Shown here piece after piece: positions 38,604 to 48,072 of a DNA stretch of 64,000 nt. How positions within the stretch are numbered: the first letter of the stretch is position 1; each line of letters starts with the position of its first letter. Source of the DNA: an uncultured Acidobacteriota bacterium (GTDB lineage Bacteria > Acidobacteriota > Thermoanaerobaculia > Multivoradales > JAHEKO01); assembly GCA_963713825.1 (NCBI GenBank), contig CAVQNG010000005.1, positions 480,001-544,000 of the forward strand. Reading direction: 5' to 3'. The position numbers and the translations under genes are program-made. The notes below the pieces were generated by a model. The model saw only the letters and a list, made by a program, of their open reading frames with translations. It was not told the DNA's origin and did no database searches.

Positions 38604-39863
38604 TTACCTCGCAACCTGCTGGTGGCAGGAAACACAGAGATCGCCTGCGGGATCGAGATGCGACAGAGCTTTGAAAGGCGAGCCATGGGACCGGTGGCAA
38701 CTCAGGCAATCGAGGGTCAGGTTCATGTTGCGCTGGTCCACGATCTCGTCCCCGAGGGGATGGGAGGAGTGCTGGCGCCAATCATGACAGGAGCCACACA
38801 GTTCGTCGACGCTCTCGTAGTCCGACAGAAACACATTGTCCGCCGCGTGGGGTGCATGGCAGGCGCTGCACTCACCATCTTCGACTGGCTGATGTCTCGA
38901 GGCATCCTCTCCCAGATGGGCAGTGCTGTCCTGATGGCAGTTGGCGCACAACTCCTTGCCCGGTGCGATCAGCAATCCCGTTTCATTCGAGGCATGGGGA
39001 TTGTGACAATTCAAGCAGGCGGTCTCGTCGGCAACCGGCCAGTGGAGCCGGTTCTTGTTGAAGGCGGCATTCAAGACATCGCTGTGACAGCCGCGACACA
39101 GCTGTGCGCCTGTCGCTTTCAATTCCAGCGCGTTGGGCGAGGAAGCTTCCAGGTGACACTGGTTGCACATCTTGTTGGTGAGCGGGGCGTGAACCTCGGC
39201 CAGCATGAGGCCCCCGTTGTTCGAGCCGTGCGGATCGTGACAGGAAGAGCAGCGCGAGTCTGCAACTGGATAGCCCATGTGCTGTTGGGAAAACGAGGCC
39301 TGAGTGGTGTTGTGACAGGACTTGCACAGAGCTTCCATATCCTGTTTCAGCAGAGACCCGGCCTTGGTCGAGGCATGAGGGTCGTGGCAAGTGAGGCAAT
39401 TCTGCCGCACTGGAGCGTGCCCGAACTCGCTCTGCTCCACGGTAGCCGCGATCTCCTCGTGGCAGCTGTAGCAGAGTTGATTGCCACCAGCGACCAGGAC
39501 CTTGGGGTTTTGCGAAGCGTGGGGATCGTGGCAGGTAGCACAGTTGCCCTCGAGCACCGCTTGATGGATGCTCACCGCCTCTTCAGGAACGATGTCTGAA
39601 TGACAGGTGGAGCAGATGGTGCTCGCATCGGAGTCCAGCAGCTGGCCGTGCGACGCCGCATGAGGATTGTGGCAATCGGAGCAATCGCCAGCTTTGACTG
39701 GTGTGTGCACGAAGGGCAACTTGATCTGTTCCTGGACCGTGACGTGGCAGTCGAGACAAAGCGCGCCCTTCGCACCCGTCTTCAAACGGTACGGATTCTG
39801 GGAAAAGGCTGCTGCCGGTAGGATCAGCAGGCCGATAAGAACGATCTTCCAGCGTAGGCGCAT
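38604..39863 (-). CDS. 16-heme cytochrome c (paired CxxCH repeat type)
   Basis: Signal peptide MRLRWKIVL; 16 CxxCH counted; HxPV..CxxCHxPHxS repeats. Confidence 0.92.
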   Translation of the reverse strand: MRLRWKIVLIGLLILPAAAFSQNPYRLKTGAKGALCLDCHVTVQEQIKLPFVHTPVKAGDCSDCHNPHAASHGQLLDSDASTICSTCHSDIVPEEAVSIHQAVLEGNCATCHDPHASQNPKVLVAGGNQLCYSCHEEIAATVEQSEFGHAPVRQNCLTCHDPHASTKAGSLLKQDMEALCKSCHNTTQASFSQQHMGYPVADSRCSSCHDPHGSNNGGLMLAEVHAPLTNKMCNQCHLEASSPNALELKATGAQLCRGCHSDVLNAAFNKNRLHWPVADETACLNCHNPHASNETGLLIAPGKELCANCHQDSTAHLGEDASRHQPVEDGECSACHAPHAADNVFLSDYESVDELCGSCHDWRQHSSHPLGDEIVDQRNMNLTLDCLSCHRSHGSPFKALSHLDPAGDLCVSCHQQVAR

Positions 39864-39874
39864 CTCGAGTCCCT

Positions 39875-41845
39875 CTATTCCTGATCGACGAAATGGCAGT
39901 CTTCGCAGGACCTTGCGGCGAAGGGGGCGTGGGCCTCCTCCTTGAACATCTTGGGATCCTGCGAGGAATGGGGAGCATGACAGCTCATGCAATTCATGAC
40001 CCCCGGGTCGATGTATACGTGAGCGTAAGCGAAACTGTCGGATTCCAGATTGTGACACTCACTGCAGAGCGTTGTGGTGTCCTTGCTCAACAGCGGAATC
40101 TGCTCAGAGAAGTGCGGCTCGTGGCACCTCTGACAGTCCCTGGCCGCCGGGTCATGCGCCACTTCCGAGTCCATTCTTGCCTTCAGGTCCTCGTGGCAGG
40201 CGGCACAAAGGTCCGGACCCTGGGCCAGAAGCAGGGCCGAGGATTTCGACTTGTGCGGATTGTGGCACCCGGTGCATTGGCCTGCCGCCAGTGGCTCGTG
40301 TTGGCTGGCGGCTTCCTGCATGCCGTCACCGACATCCGAATGACATTCGATGCAGAGCTCGTCCTCGGCTTTCACGATCATGCCGACTTCGTTACTGGCA
40401 TGGGCGTCGTGACAACCGAGGCAATCCCCGTCTTCGAACGGATAGTGGGTGGTGCCGGCCGTTTCCGGCTTCAGCAGATCCGCATGGCAGTCGGCACAAA
40501 GGGCCGAGCCGGCCTTCTTGAGCAGGCCCGCCTCTTCGGCACCATGCGCCGCATGACAGGCGACACAATCGCCGGTCAGGACCGGTTGATGAACATTGGA
40601 CACCTGGTAGCTGAGCTCGGCGTCTCCGTGACACTCGAAGCAGACTCGATCGGGGCGGTCATTGAGGATGGCCACGGAGTTCGAGCCGTGCGGGTTGTGG
40701 CACGAAGCGCACATCCCGTCGACGTAGGGCATGTGCTCGGCCGCTTGCCCCGTCTCCGGCTCGCCGTGGCAGCTGGAGCAGAGCGCTGCACTTTCCTCGA
40801 CCAGGAGACCTTCATGGGTCGCGGTGTGCGGTGCGTGGCAGGATCGGCAACCATCGCCGTCCGTCAGGGCGGCGTGACTATTGAGAACCTCTTGTCCCTG
40901 CTCCGAGTGGCACTCGACACAGAGCAGATTGCCCTTGCGGGCCAGGAGAGAGGGGCTATCCGCGGCGTGGGGGTCGTGGCAGCCTTCGCACATGCCGGCG
41001 CCGAAGGGCTCATGCATCACAGAGCCCATCTCGGACAATCCGGACTCGTCGTGGCACTGGAAACAGAGGGAGCTACCGCCCTCGGTGAGCTCGAACGGAG
41101 TCGAGGAACCGGCTGCCTCATGGCAGGAGTCACAGGCGGCCTCGGCCACTGGAGCGTGAACGCTGGCCCTGAGTAGGGCGGGTTGAGATGCGGAATGAGG
41201 ATCGTGGCACAGAGCGCAATCGGACGACTCGACAGGATAGCCCTGATGGGATCCTGCAAACCCGGCGTCGTTCGCCTCATGGCAAGAGAGGCACAAGGGG
41301 GTCGCTGCACTCGTCAGGAGATCGGGAAAGTCCGAGCTGTGAGCCTTGTGACACGCACCACACCCCTCGTCTCGCAGCACCTCGTGCACCACTGGCTGTT
41401 CGAAGTCTGCTCTGTCGTGACAGACGAAGCAGGCCTCGGCTCCCGAGGAGCCCAGAAGGTGTTGGCCCTGCGAAGCGTGTGGGTTGTGGCACGAAGTGCA
41501 ATCGGTGCCGCCGAGAAGGGCGGTATGGACATGGGCCTTCTGCAATCCGAGAGACTCCTGGTCATGGCACTCGTAGCAGAGCTGATTGCCTTGCTTCTTC
41601 AATAGCAGCTTGGGCACGAGGCCGTGTCTCAGGTGACAGGTCTCACAGTTACCGTCCTTCATGCCAGGATGCTGGCTCTTCATTCCGCGGTACTGCTGCT
41701 CGAACTCGGCATGGCAGTCGGCGCAGTCTTTCGAGCCCCCCAGCGACCGTCGCTTCTGGGCCAGGGTCGAATCGCTTGCACCCAGTGCCAAGACGGTCCA
41801 GATCAGCAACAGGACACCAAGGCGGGTCGTTCTTTCTCCGTTCAT
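39875..41845 (-). CDS. 26-heme cytochrome c (paired CxxCH repeat type)
   Basis: Signal peptide; 26 CxxCH counted. Confidence 0.92.
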   Translation of the reverse strand: MNGERTTRLGVLLLIWTVLALGASDSTLAQKRRSLGGSKDCADCHAEFEQQYRGMKSQHPGMKDGNCETCHLRHGLVPKLLLKKQGNQLCYECHDQESLGLQKAHVHTALLGGTDCTSCHNPHASQGQHLLGSSGAEACFVCHDRADFEQPVVHEVLRDEGCGACHKAHSSDFPDLLTSAATPLCLSCHEANDAGFAGSHQGYPVESSDCALCHDPHSASQPALLRASVHAPVAEAACDSCHEAAGSSTPFELTEGGSSLCFQCHDESGLSEMGSVMHEPFGAGMCEGCHDPHAADSPSLLARKGNLLCVECHSEQGQEVLNSHAALTDGDGCRSCHAPHTATHEGLLVEESAALCSSCHGEPETGQAAEHMPYVDGMCASCHNPHGSNSVAILNDRPDRVCFECHGDAELSYQVSNVHQPVLTGDCVACHAAHGAEEAGLLKKAGSALCADCHADLLKPETAGTTHYPFEDGDCLGCHDAHASNEVGMIVKAEDELCIECHSDVGDGMQEAASQHEPLAAGQCTGCHNPHKSKSSALLLAQGPDLCAACHEDLKARMDSEVAHDPAARDCQRCHEPHFSEQIPLLSKDTTTLCSECHNLESDSFAYAHVYIDPGVMNCMSCHAPHSSQDPKMFKEEAHAPFAARSCEDCHFVDQE

Positions 41846-43554
41846 GGGTTCTCCTGAGAGTTCAGGCCGAGCAGCTGCTGGAGCCTGTCGTCGGTGACGA
41901 GAATCTCGATGTCAGAGGCCTTGCGCAACTCCTCGGCGTAGCGATCGATCGCTTCCTGTCGCTCTCGTCCAAAGGCCTGTTTGGCAATCTGCTCCCTGAC
42001 CTGATCGAACGACTGTGGAGTGGCTGGGAAGGTCTCCATGATGTGGAGAGCGTAAGAAGGTTTTCCGGGTTCGCCGTAGAAGCGGAAATCACCGGCTGCT
42101 GCGCCAGCGACCGCACTCCGGACTCCGGCGGGTAAACCGGGCACTGCCAACAGACTCCGGTTGAATTGCAGGGTGGGCTGATCGTCACCGGGTGGAATCT
42201 GACCGCTGGCATTCTCGCCCATCCACTGCATGTCCGCGCCCTGTCGCAACTTCTCTAGCGCGGCCTCCGCATCGGCCTTCTCGTAGAAGACCAGGCTGTC
42301 GATACGCATCATCTCGGGTCCGGTGTAGTCGGAGAGATGGTCCTGGTAGTAGGCCTGGAGCTCTTCTTCATCGAGACGGATCTCTGGATTGATCACCCGG
42401 CTGACAAAGGCAGCGAAGATCATGGTTTCTCGCAGGTCCTCGACCGAGGACTGGAATTCGCTCGAATCCAAGATTCCCAGCCTTTCTGCCTCCAGCTCGG
42501 CGGATCTCTCCAGCGTCAGGCGATCGAGAACCCCGAGGACCTCGTCGTTGACCCTCTGCTGCTCGAGGGCTCGCTCCATGCCATGGAAGAGCTCTTGTTC
42601 GATGGTCCTGGTCAGTTCAGCCACCGTGATCGGTTCACCGCCATCGACCTCGGCCAGTACCCTCTGATCGTTGCGAAAGTCCTCCAACCCGGCACTGCCT
42701 GCACTGTCGAAGTCGAGGCTTTCTGCCAGCTCCCGATCCGCGGTGATGTAGCGGCCTCGCATTTCTTCGGTGTAGTCGCGAAGTCGTTCCATCTGACGGA
42801 TTGTCAGGGCCTGACCTTCCGCTTCGGCGCGGGCCTCGGCATCTTCAGGAATGCGAGAGTCGAGCAGCTTCACGACGGCGAGGCCGCCAGTGATCGGAAT
42901 TGGCGCGCTGATTTCTCCTGCTTCCATCTGGGTCAGGGCCTCAGTCACTGAAGGCCACATCTCGGCGGCTTTGAGGTAGTCATCACCCATGGATACCTGC
43001 GCCTTGCCCTGCTGTACCATCCTCTTCGCCTGGGCCTCGAAGTCACCGCCCCCCCGAATGGCCGCCTCGAAGTAACTTGCATCCTCGGCATCCTGGAAGA
43101 GGACAGATTGGACTTTCACTTCGCGAACGGCATCACGATACAGCTGCTGCGCGACTTCCGGATCACCTGTAACGATGTCTTGGACCGCCGCTTGAGCGAT
43201 CCTCTGCCGAAGGAGGTCCAGGCGCCCCTCCTGCAGCCTGTTGATGACCTCTGGCAGCTCGCCCAAGCCGATGGCCTCGGCTTCTTGCATCATGAGTGTG
43301 GAGTTGATCACCCTGTCCAACAGCGCCGCAGCATCGGGGCGCTGGACCTTTTGACTCGCCTCGCCGAGGTCGACGTGGAAAGAGCTGACTTGACGCAGGA
43401 AGTCGTCGAGCGTGATGGGCTCGCCATTGACCCTGGCCAGGGGCTCCTGATCGGGAGCTTCGATCGGCTGAGCCCCGGCCGAGCCAACTGTTGCCGCGCA
43501 ACAGGCGATCGCGCCTAGTATCAGGGGTAGTTTCTTGCGGCTGGCTATTGTCAA
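41842..43554 (-). CDS. SurA/parvulin-like peptidyl-prolyl isomerase chaperone (duplicated domains)
   Basis: LARVNGEPIT and LAEVDGGEPIT, EELQAYY, GEISAPI, SFDQVREQI; TTG start after GGAGG. Confidence 0.8.
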   Translation of the reverse strand: MTIASRKKLPLILGAIACCAATVGSAGAQPIEAPDQEPLARVNGEPITLDDFLRQVSSFHVDLGEASQKVQRPDAAALLDRVINSTLMMQEAEAIGLGELPEVINRLQEGRLDLLRQRIAQAAVQDIVTGDPEVAQQLYRDAVREVKVQSVLFQDAEDASYFEAAIRGGGDFEAQAKRMVQQGKAQVSMGDDYLKAAEMWPSVTEALTQMEAGEISAPIPITGGLAVVKLLDSRIPEDAEARAEAEGQALTIRQMERLRDYTEEMRGRYITADRELAESLDFDSAGSAGLEDFRNDQRVLAEVDGGEPITVAELTRTIEQELFHGMERALEQQRVNDEVLGVLDRLTLERSAELEAERLGILDSSEFQSSVEDLRETMIFAAFVSRVINPEIRLDEEELQAYYQDHLSDYTGPEMMRIDSLVFYEKADAEAALEKLRQGADMQWMGENASGQIPPGDDQPTLQFNRSLLAVPGLPAGVRSAVAGAAAGDFRFYGEPGKPSYALHIMETFPATPQSFDQVREQIAKQAFGRERQEAIDRYAEELRKASDIEILVTDDRLQQLLGLNSQENP

Positions 43555-43719
43555 GATCGATTCCTCCAAACCTCGGGAATTCTGTACCGGATACAGTCTG
43601 TCAGCCATACTCTGTTGGGTAGCTGGCCTAACCACCCTTGCGGGTGGCTCGGCTCGCCGGATGGCGAGCGTAACCGGAGTGTGATTGCTGAGCGGCAGTG
43701 AACATCGCGAATGAGATCC

Positions 43720-44940
43720 CTATTTCGAGACGACGTGGATCAGTGCTCGGCTCATCCGGGATGCCAGATCCTGAGCTGTAGGAATGCTCCGCGCATCGAA
43801 GAAGAACACTCCATCACTGCCTTTGCTGAAGCTGATGGACGACCAGATCGCCTGTTCGGTCCGGGTGTCGACGGCTCGAAAGGAGAAGTCCACGACCGGA
43901 TAGGGAGTTCCGGGGCCCGTTTCGAGGTATCGATCCACCTCGCCGAAGAGTGCGAGATCGGCTTTCATATCGATGCGAAGGATATCGGTGTCGGACGACG
44001 AAGGACCTTCAGTGTAGATCTGGCGCGTCTCCAGGAGCACCTGCCGGACGACGCCCGGTTCGATGATATCAGCTCCCAGCCGGACCAGGTGTCGAATGAC
44101 CTGGTCGGTCAAGATCTCCCCGGCATAGTGTGTCGAGCTGTCGTTGGAAAAAGGGAGCACCGCCACCCGCTCGGCCTGTCTACGAACGTCTGGAAACTCA
44201 GGCGCGGCAAAGTAGACCCTGGGTCGAAAACGGCGGGAGCCCTTGACCCGACCTCTTCCCTTTTGCCTATTGCTGACCGCTTGGGAGGACTCCAAGCCTG
44301 CAAAGGCGTCGGCGAGCTGAGTCGTGACTTTATCCAGGATCTCATCGAAGCCGTTGATGATGCCAAGGCCCAGAAGACCTGGGGATTCGTCTCCGGTTCG
44401 AACTGCGCTGTCCATCCAGAGGATTCTCGGTTCTGCCGCCGTCGTGACGAGTCTGGAGGTGAGGGCCAGCTTGGGAGGGTTGGCTTCCTGGTACAGGTCG
44501 ACAGACGTAATGAGGACCCCCTTGGCGCCGATCTCGGTCTGGAAGGACTGGGCCAGTACTCCATTGATGCCCCCCGTGAAGCGAATCCGGTGCCGGCGCA
44601 TGAAAAGCTCCACGACTTCACGATCGAGGATCTCGTAGCCCCGAAATCCGAGCTTTATGGCGAGCATCGCCTGGATCTTGTCGATCGGGGCTGACCGCCG
44701 ACTCCGATCCCAGATCGGCAGCATGGCGATCGATTCTGCGGAGGGAGCTGCGTAGACTGCCGAAGGCTGCAGGACCGGTCCGGTCTCCGGCCCTCCTTCA
44801 GCCACAGGCTCGATCTGCGCCTGCGTCGGGGCAGCTGGCATGGCACTGGCCACCATTGCCAAGGCCAGGAGCCGCCTGACACTCCGAAGGGTAGGTCTGT
44901 CTCGCAGGGAGCTCATCGAATCCAGGGGTCTATTGCACAA
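43720..44940 (-). CDS. Exported protein with two CsgG/DUF799-like domains
   Basis: IAMLPIWDRS and VAVLPFSNDS domain starts; ADLALFGEVDRY; AIWS. Confidence 0.65.
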   Translation of the reverse strand: MCNRPLDSMSSLRDRPTLRSVRRLLALAMVASAMPAAPTQAQIEPVAEGGPETGPVLQPSAVYAAPSAESIAMLPIWDRSRRSAPIDKIQAMLAIKLGFRGYEILDREVVELFMRRHRIRFTGGINGVLAQSFQTEIGAKGVLITSVDLYQEANPPKLALTSRLVTTAAEPRILWMDSAVRTGDESPGLLGLGIINGFDEILDKVTTQLADAFAGLESSQAVSNRQKGRGRVKGSRRFRPRVYFAAPEFPDVRRQAERVAVLPFSNDSSTHYAGEILTDQVIRHLVRLGADIIEPGVVRQVLLETRQIYTEGPSSSDTDILRIDMKADLALFGEVDRYLETGPGTPYPVVDFSFRAVDTRTEQAIWSSISFSKGSDGVFFFDARSIPTAQDLASRMSRALIHVVSK

Positions 44941-45511
44941 GCTGGTCGATGACCGCCTTGACCGCCTCGGTGGTGACGATGTTCATGGGCTGGCCTCCGC
45001 CTCCGAGGAGTCGCTCCGAGGCGCCGACCCCACCGCGCGAAGCCGAAGCGCTCCAGACGGAGAGACCGGTCTGGCCTTCGAGCATCCTGACGCTGAGCGA
45101 GCATACGGTCGCGGCCGCCACGCCCGAGCGGACTTCGCCGTACTCGAGCACGGTTCCGGTGATCAGAACGTCGGCCTCGAGGTTCTCGGCCAAACGGATG
45201 GCCTCCTCGCTGGTCGGTTCTGTCGGGTTTTCCGGCTGGATTCTCGAGATCGACCTCGCCACTTCACCCGGTGGAATGACATAGACCTCCACGGTGGCTT
45301 GTAGCATCGTCATGAACACGTCGCGGACTCTCTCTCCCGCGTTCCCAGTCGCGGTCAGATCGACGAAGGGCATGACCGCTACCGAACGAACCAGCCCGAA
45401 GTCCATATTGGGGTCGTGGAACGTCGACTGTGCGGCGGGCTGCGATGAGCAGCCCCACAGGCTGATCAGGGCAACGGTCGCTAGGATGAGTGGCAGGATT
45501 CTGTGGTTCAT
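44930..45511 (-). CDS. CsgG/DUF799 (GNA1162-like) lipoprotein
   Basis: Lipobox LWGC; VAVMPF, ADVLITGTVLEY, LSVRMLEGQTGLSVWSAS. Confidence 0.75.
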   Translation of the reverse strand: MNHRILPLILATVALISLWGCSSQPAAQSTFHDPNMDFGLVRSVAVMPFVDLTATGNAGERVRDVFMTMLQATVEVYVIPPGEVARSISRIQPENPTEPTSEEAIRLAENLEADVLITGTVLEYGEVRSGVAAATVCSLSVRMLEGQTGLSVWSASASRGGVGASERLLGGGGQPMNIVTTEAVKAVIDQLVQ

Positions 45512-45551
45512 GGCTAGGCTCCTTCGGCAATCGGGCGCTGTCTGTCTCACC

Positions 45552-47792
45552 CTAGAAGATGATTCTGGTGCCGAATCTCAATATATCGGAGTTGCCGAGC
45601 TCGAACTCCGAATCGGTCTCGGATCGTTGATAGGACGCCTGGATATACCAGCGGCTGGTGATGTTCCACCGGACCCGTGGAGTGAACAGCTTGAAGACCG
45701 TATCGAACTCGGATCGATAGGTCTCGTTGTAGTTGATGCTCAATTGCAGGTTTCCGTTGGGGAACGGCGACCAGCTGACTGCCCAGTCGGTGAATGTCCG
45801 GTCGTCGGTGTCGGTCTCTGTTTGGAGGCGATAACCACCGAATAGATAGACAGCCGGAAATGGAGTAAAGGTCAGGCTGATGCGGCCGAGGCTCTTGTCT
45901 CGATCGCGGCTGCCATCGATATCGCCGCCCTTTTCCTGGTCGTTTCGCAGTAGGTACTGCAGATTCACCGCCAAGGTGCGGTGCGGGATCAGGGTGGCGT
46001 TGGCGTTGACCTGGGTGCCGTCGATCTGGAGTCCGTCTGGTCGCTCAGCAGTGGTCGCACCGACGCCGACATCGACTCGCACACCCTTGTAGAGCTCGGC
46101 GTAGGTTAGCAGGAACAGCGACTTGTCGCTGGTGGAAAGGCCCTCGAACTCACCTTCCGTGCCGCTGAGCCCCTCGAACTCACCTTCCCTGCCGCTGAAC
46201 ACGAGGGTCTGCTGCAGCGTCGGAAGCCAGGCGGCGCGGAGCGATGCCGAATAGGGGTAGGTCGTGCGATCTCCGTTCGATTCTCGCCCATCTTGGCGCG
46301 CGGCGCGCGCAGAGACCGTATAGGTGGGGTTGATCTCCTGGCGAAACGAGAGTCCGTTCGACATTTCCCAGGTGGCTTCGAAATCGTCGGTCTTGCGCGC
46401 GGCATAAGCGAACTCGTAGTAGAAGAACCGGTTTTCCAGCAACTGGGTGCGCAGGCTGGTGTTGAACCGATGGTTGGTTTGAGAGGTCTCCCTCTCGATC
46501 TCGGTGGATGAGGTCCTCTCGAAGGCTTCGAGCTCGGTGACAAAGATGTTGCGAAACTCTCCGGGCAGGGGAGCGGTCAGGTCGAGCGGCCTCACCACGA
46601 CCTTGATGTAGCGTTGGGAGACATCGCCGAAGCGCAGCTCGAAGCGGGGATCCAGGGGACCTCCGAAGGGGGCCCGGGGGATTGTGGCCTGGAAGTCCCA
46701 GCGCCGGTTGTCGATGCTGGTGTAGATATCCCACGTGAAGAAGCCGGCCACCTCTGGCGGCAGCTCGCGATCCACCCATACTCGGAGTGTGTCGACCGTC
46801 TTGGGCGTGTCCAGATCCAGGCCGAGGTTGCGGGGACTGTCGTCACCCCCCGGCGGCGGGAGCCCCAGATCAATCCCGGCTGAAGCTTGCAGATTGCCGT
46901 CGATGAGTGCCGGATTGGGCTCCAAGACTACATTGCTCGGAAACTCGGTGTTGGCGGATAGCCCAGAGAAAGCCGGCACAGGTACGATGACTTCGCCACC
47001 CACGCCTTCCGAGATCGTCGTCAGATTCTGATGGTTGACGTTGTACTCGGCCAGGAAATGCAGACGGTCGCGCCAACGTCGATCGAAATAGGTGACTCGG
47101 CCGGTATTGCTGAAGCGCTCCGTATCGACCTGCTCCAGTTGATCGGCCCTCTGTTCGACGCCGCCGCGGTAGTAGAACTGGAGTGAATCGTAGAGCTCGT
47201 ATTCCATGGTGAGGTCGGCCACGTCCTGGGTGGTATCCTGACGCTCCCTCTGCGAGTCGTAGGCTTTCCTATGCACCAGTCGGAGTCGCCATTCCGGGTA
47301 CCGCTCGGGCGTCCAGCCGAAGACCGCGTCGAAGGTCTCCTGCACTTCTTTCAGCGACAGGCCGGCGGTTTCGACGCGATCGTCGAGGCGTACGTAGCCA
47401 AGGTAGGCGTCGTACAACGGAGTATTGAGTGTCAGTCTCAAGTAGGGTTGAAGCCTCTGCCTTTGGGTGTCTGGTAGGGGGTCTCCACCGCCGGCATCCT
47501 GGCCGTCGTTCTGCTCGAAAAGGCCTCCAACCAGTAGTCGCAGGTTGGGATACAGGGTCCAGTTCACGTTGAGGCTGTAGCGCTGCAACAGGTTGAGTCG
47601 ACGAATGTCGGAGGGGGGAGACCCGACCAGCTGGTCCTGTCTGTTAGACCGGTCGGCTCCCAACTCGACGTAGCCGTCGAGTTGTTGCGCCCGGGGAGCT
47701 GTCTGGCCGACGATGGCTAGCAATATCAACGTCAGGGCTGGCCGCACCAGTCCCCTGGTACCCAAACGAACTGTCAATTGGTGGCGGTTCAC
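45552..47792 (-). CDS. Large outer-membrane beta-barrel with an inserted beta-sandwich-like domain
   Basis: Signal peptide, amphipathic beta-strands, C-terminal LRFGTRIIF; central LIDGN..LGLDL..RYIKVVV insert. Confidence 0.72.
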   Translation of the reverse strand: MNRHQLTVRLGTRGLVRPALTLILLAIVGQTAPRAQQLDGYVELGADRSNRQDQLVGSPPSDIRRLNLLQRYSLNVNWTLYPNLRLLVGGLFEQNDGQDAGGGDPLPDTQRQRLQPYLRLTLNTPLYDAYLGYVRLDDRVETAGLSLKEVQETFDAVFGWTPERYPEWRLRLVHRKAYDSQRERQDTTQDVADLTMEYELYDSLQFYYRGGVEQRADQLEQVDTERFSNTGRVTYFDRRWRDRLHFLAEYNVNHQNLTTISEGVGGEVIVPVPAFSGLSANTEFPSNVVLEPNPALIDGNLQASAGIDLGLPPPGGDDSPRNLGLDLDTPKTVDTLRVWVDRELPPEVAGFFTWDIYTSIDNRRWDFQATIPRAPFGGPLDPRFELRFGDVSQRYIKVVVRPLDLTAPLPGEFRNIFVTELEAFERTSSTEIERETSQTNHRFNTSLRTQLLENRFFYYEFAYAARKTDDFEATWEMSNGLSFRQEINPTYTVSARAARQDGRESNGDRTTYPYSASLRAAWLPTLQQTLVFSGREGEFEGLSGTEGEFEGLSTSDKSLFLLTYAELYKGVRVDVGVGATTAERPDGLQIDGTQVNANATLIPHRTLAVNLQYLLRNDQEKGGDIDGSRDRDKSLGRISLTFTPFPAVYLFGGYRLQTETDTDDRTFTDWAVSWSPFPNGNLQLSINYNETYRSEFDTVFKLFTPRVRWNITSRWYIQASYQRSETDSEFELGNSDILRFGTRIIF

Positions 47793-48072
47793 AGGAGGCT
47801 ATCCATCGAGATCTTCTGAGCGGTGCTGAGACTCCCGGCCCGATCGCAACCGGAGGGGGCCGCTGTCGGGTTGCTTCCAGCTCTCAGAGGGAAGACCACA
47901 ACCCTGAAACTTCAAGGCTATCTTGTCTGCCTGGGCCCTCGATAGCCACATGCCGCGGGGTGGTAGGCGCCCCCCCCCCGCCGGGGTGGCACCTACCCGG
48001 AAAGACCGGAGACGGTGGTCGGTGAGGAGCCTGTGCGCCCAGATTTGGTCACTAGCTCGTTCCCCGCGCCTC

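Noticed and set aside
38502-42135. Long plus-strand ORFs (365, 427 and 315 aa) rich in VA/MA/VT
   Set aside because: Antisense shadows of the CxxCH-repeat cytochrome genes
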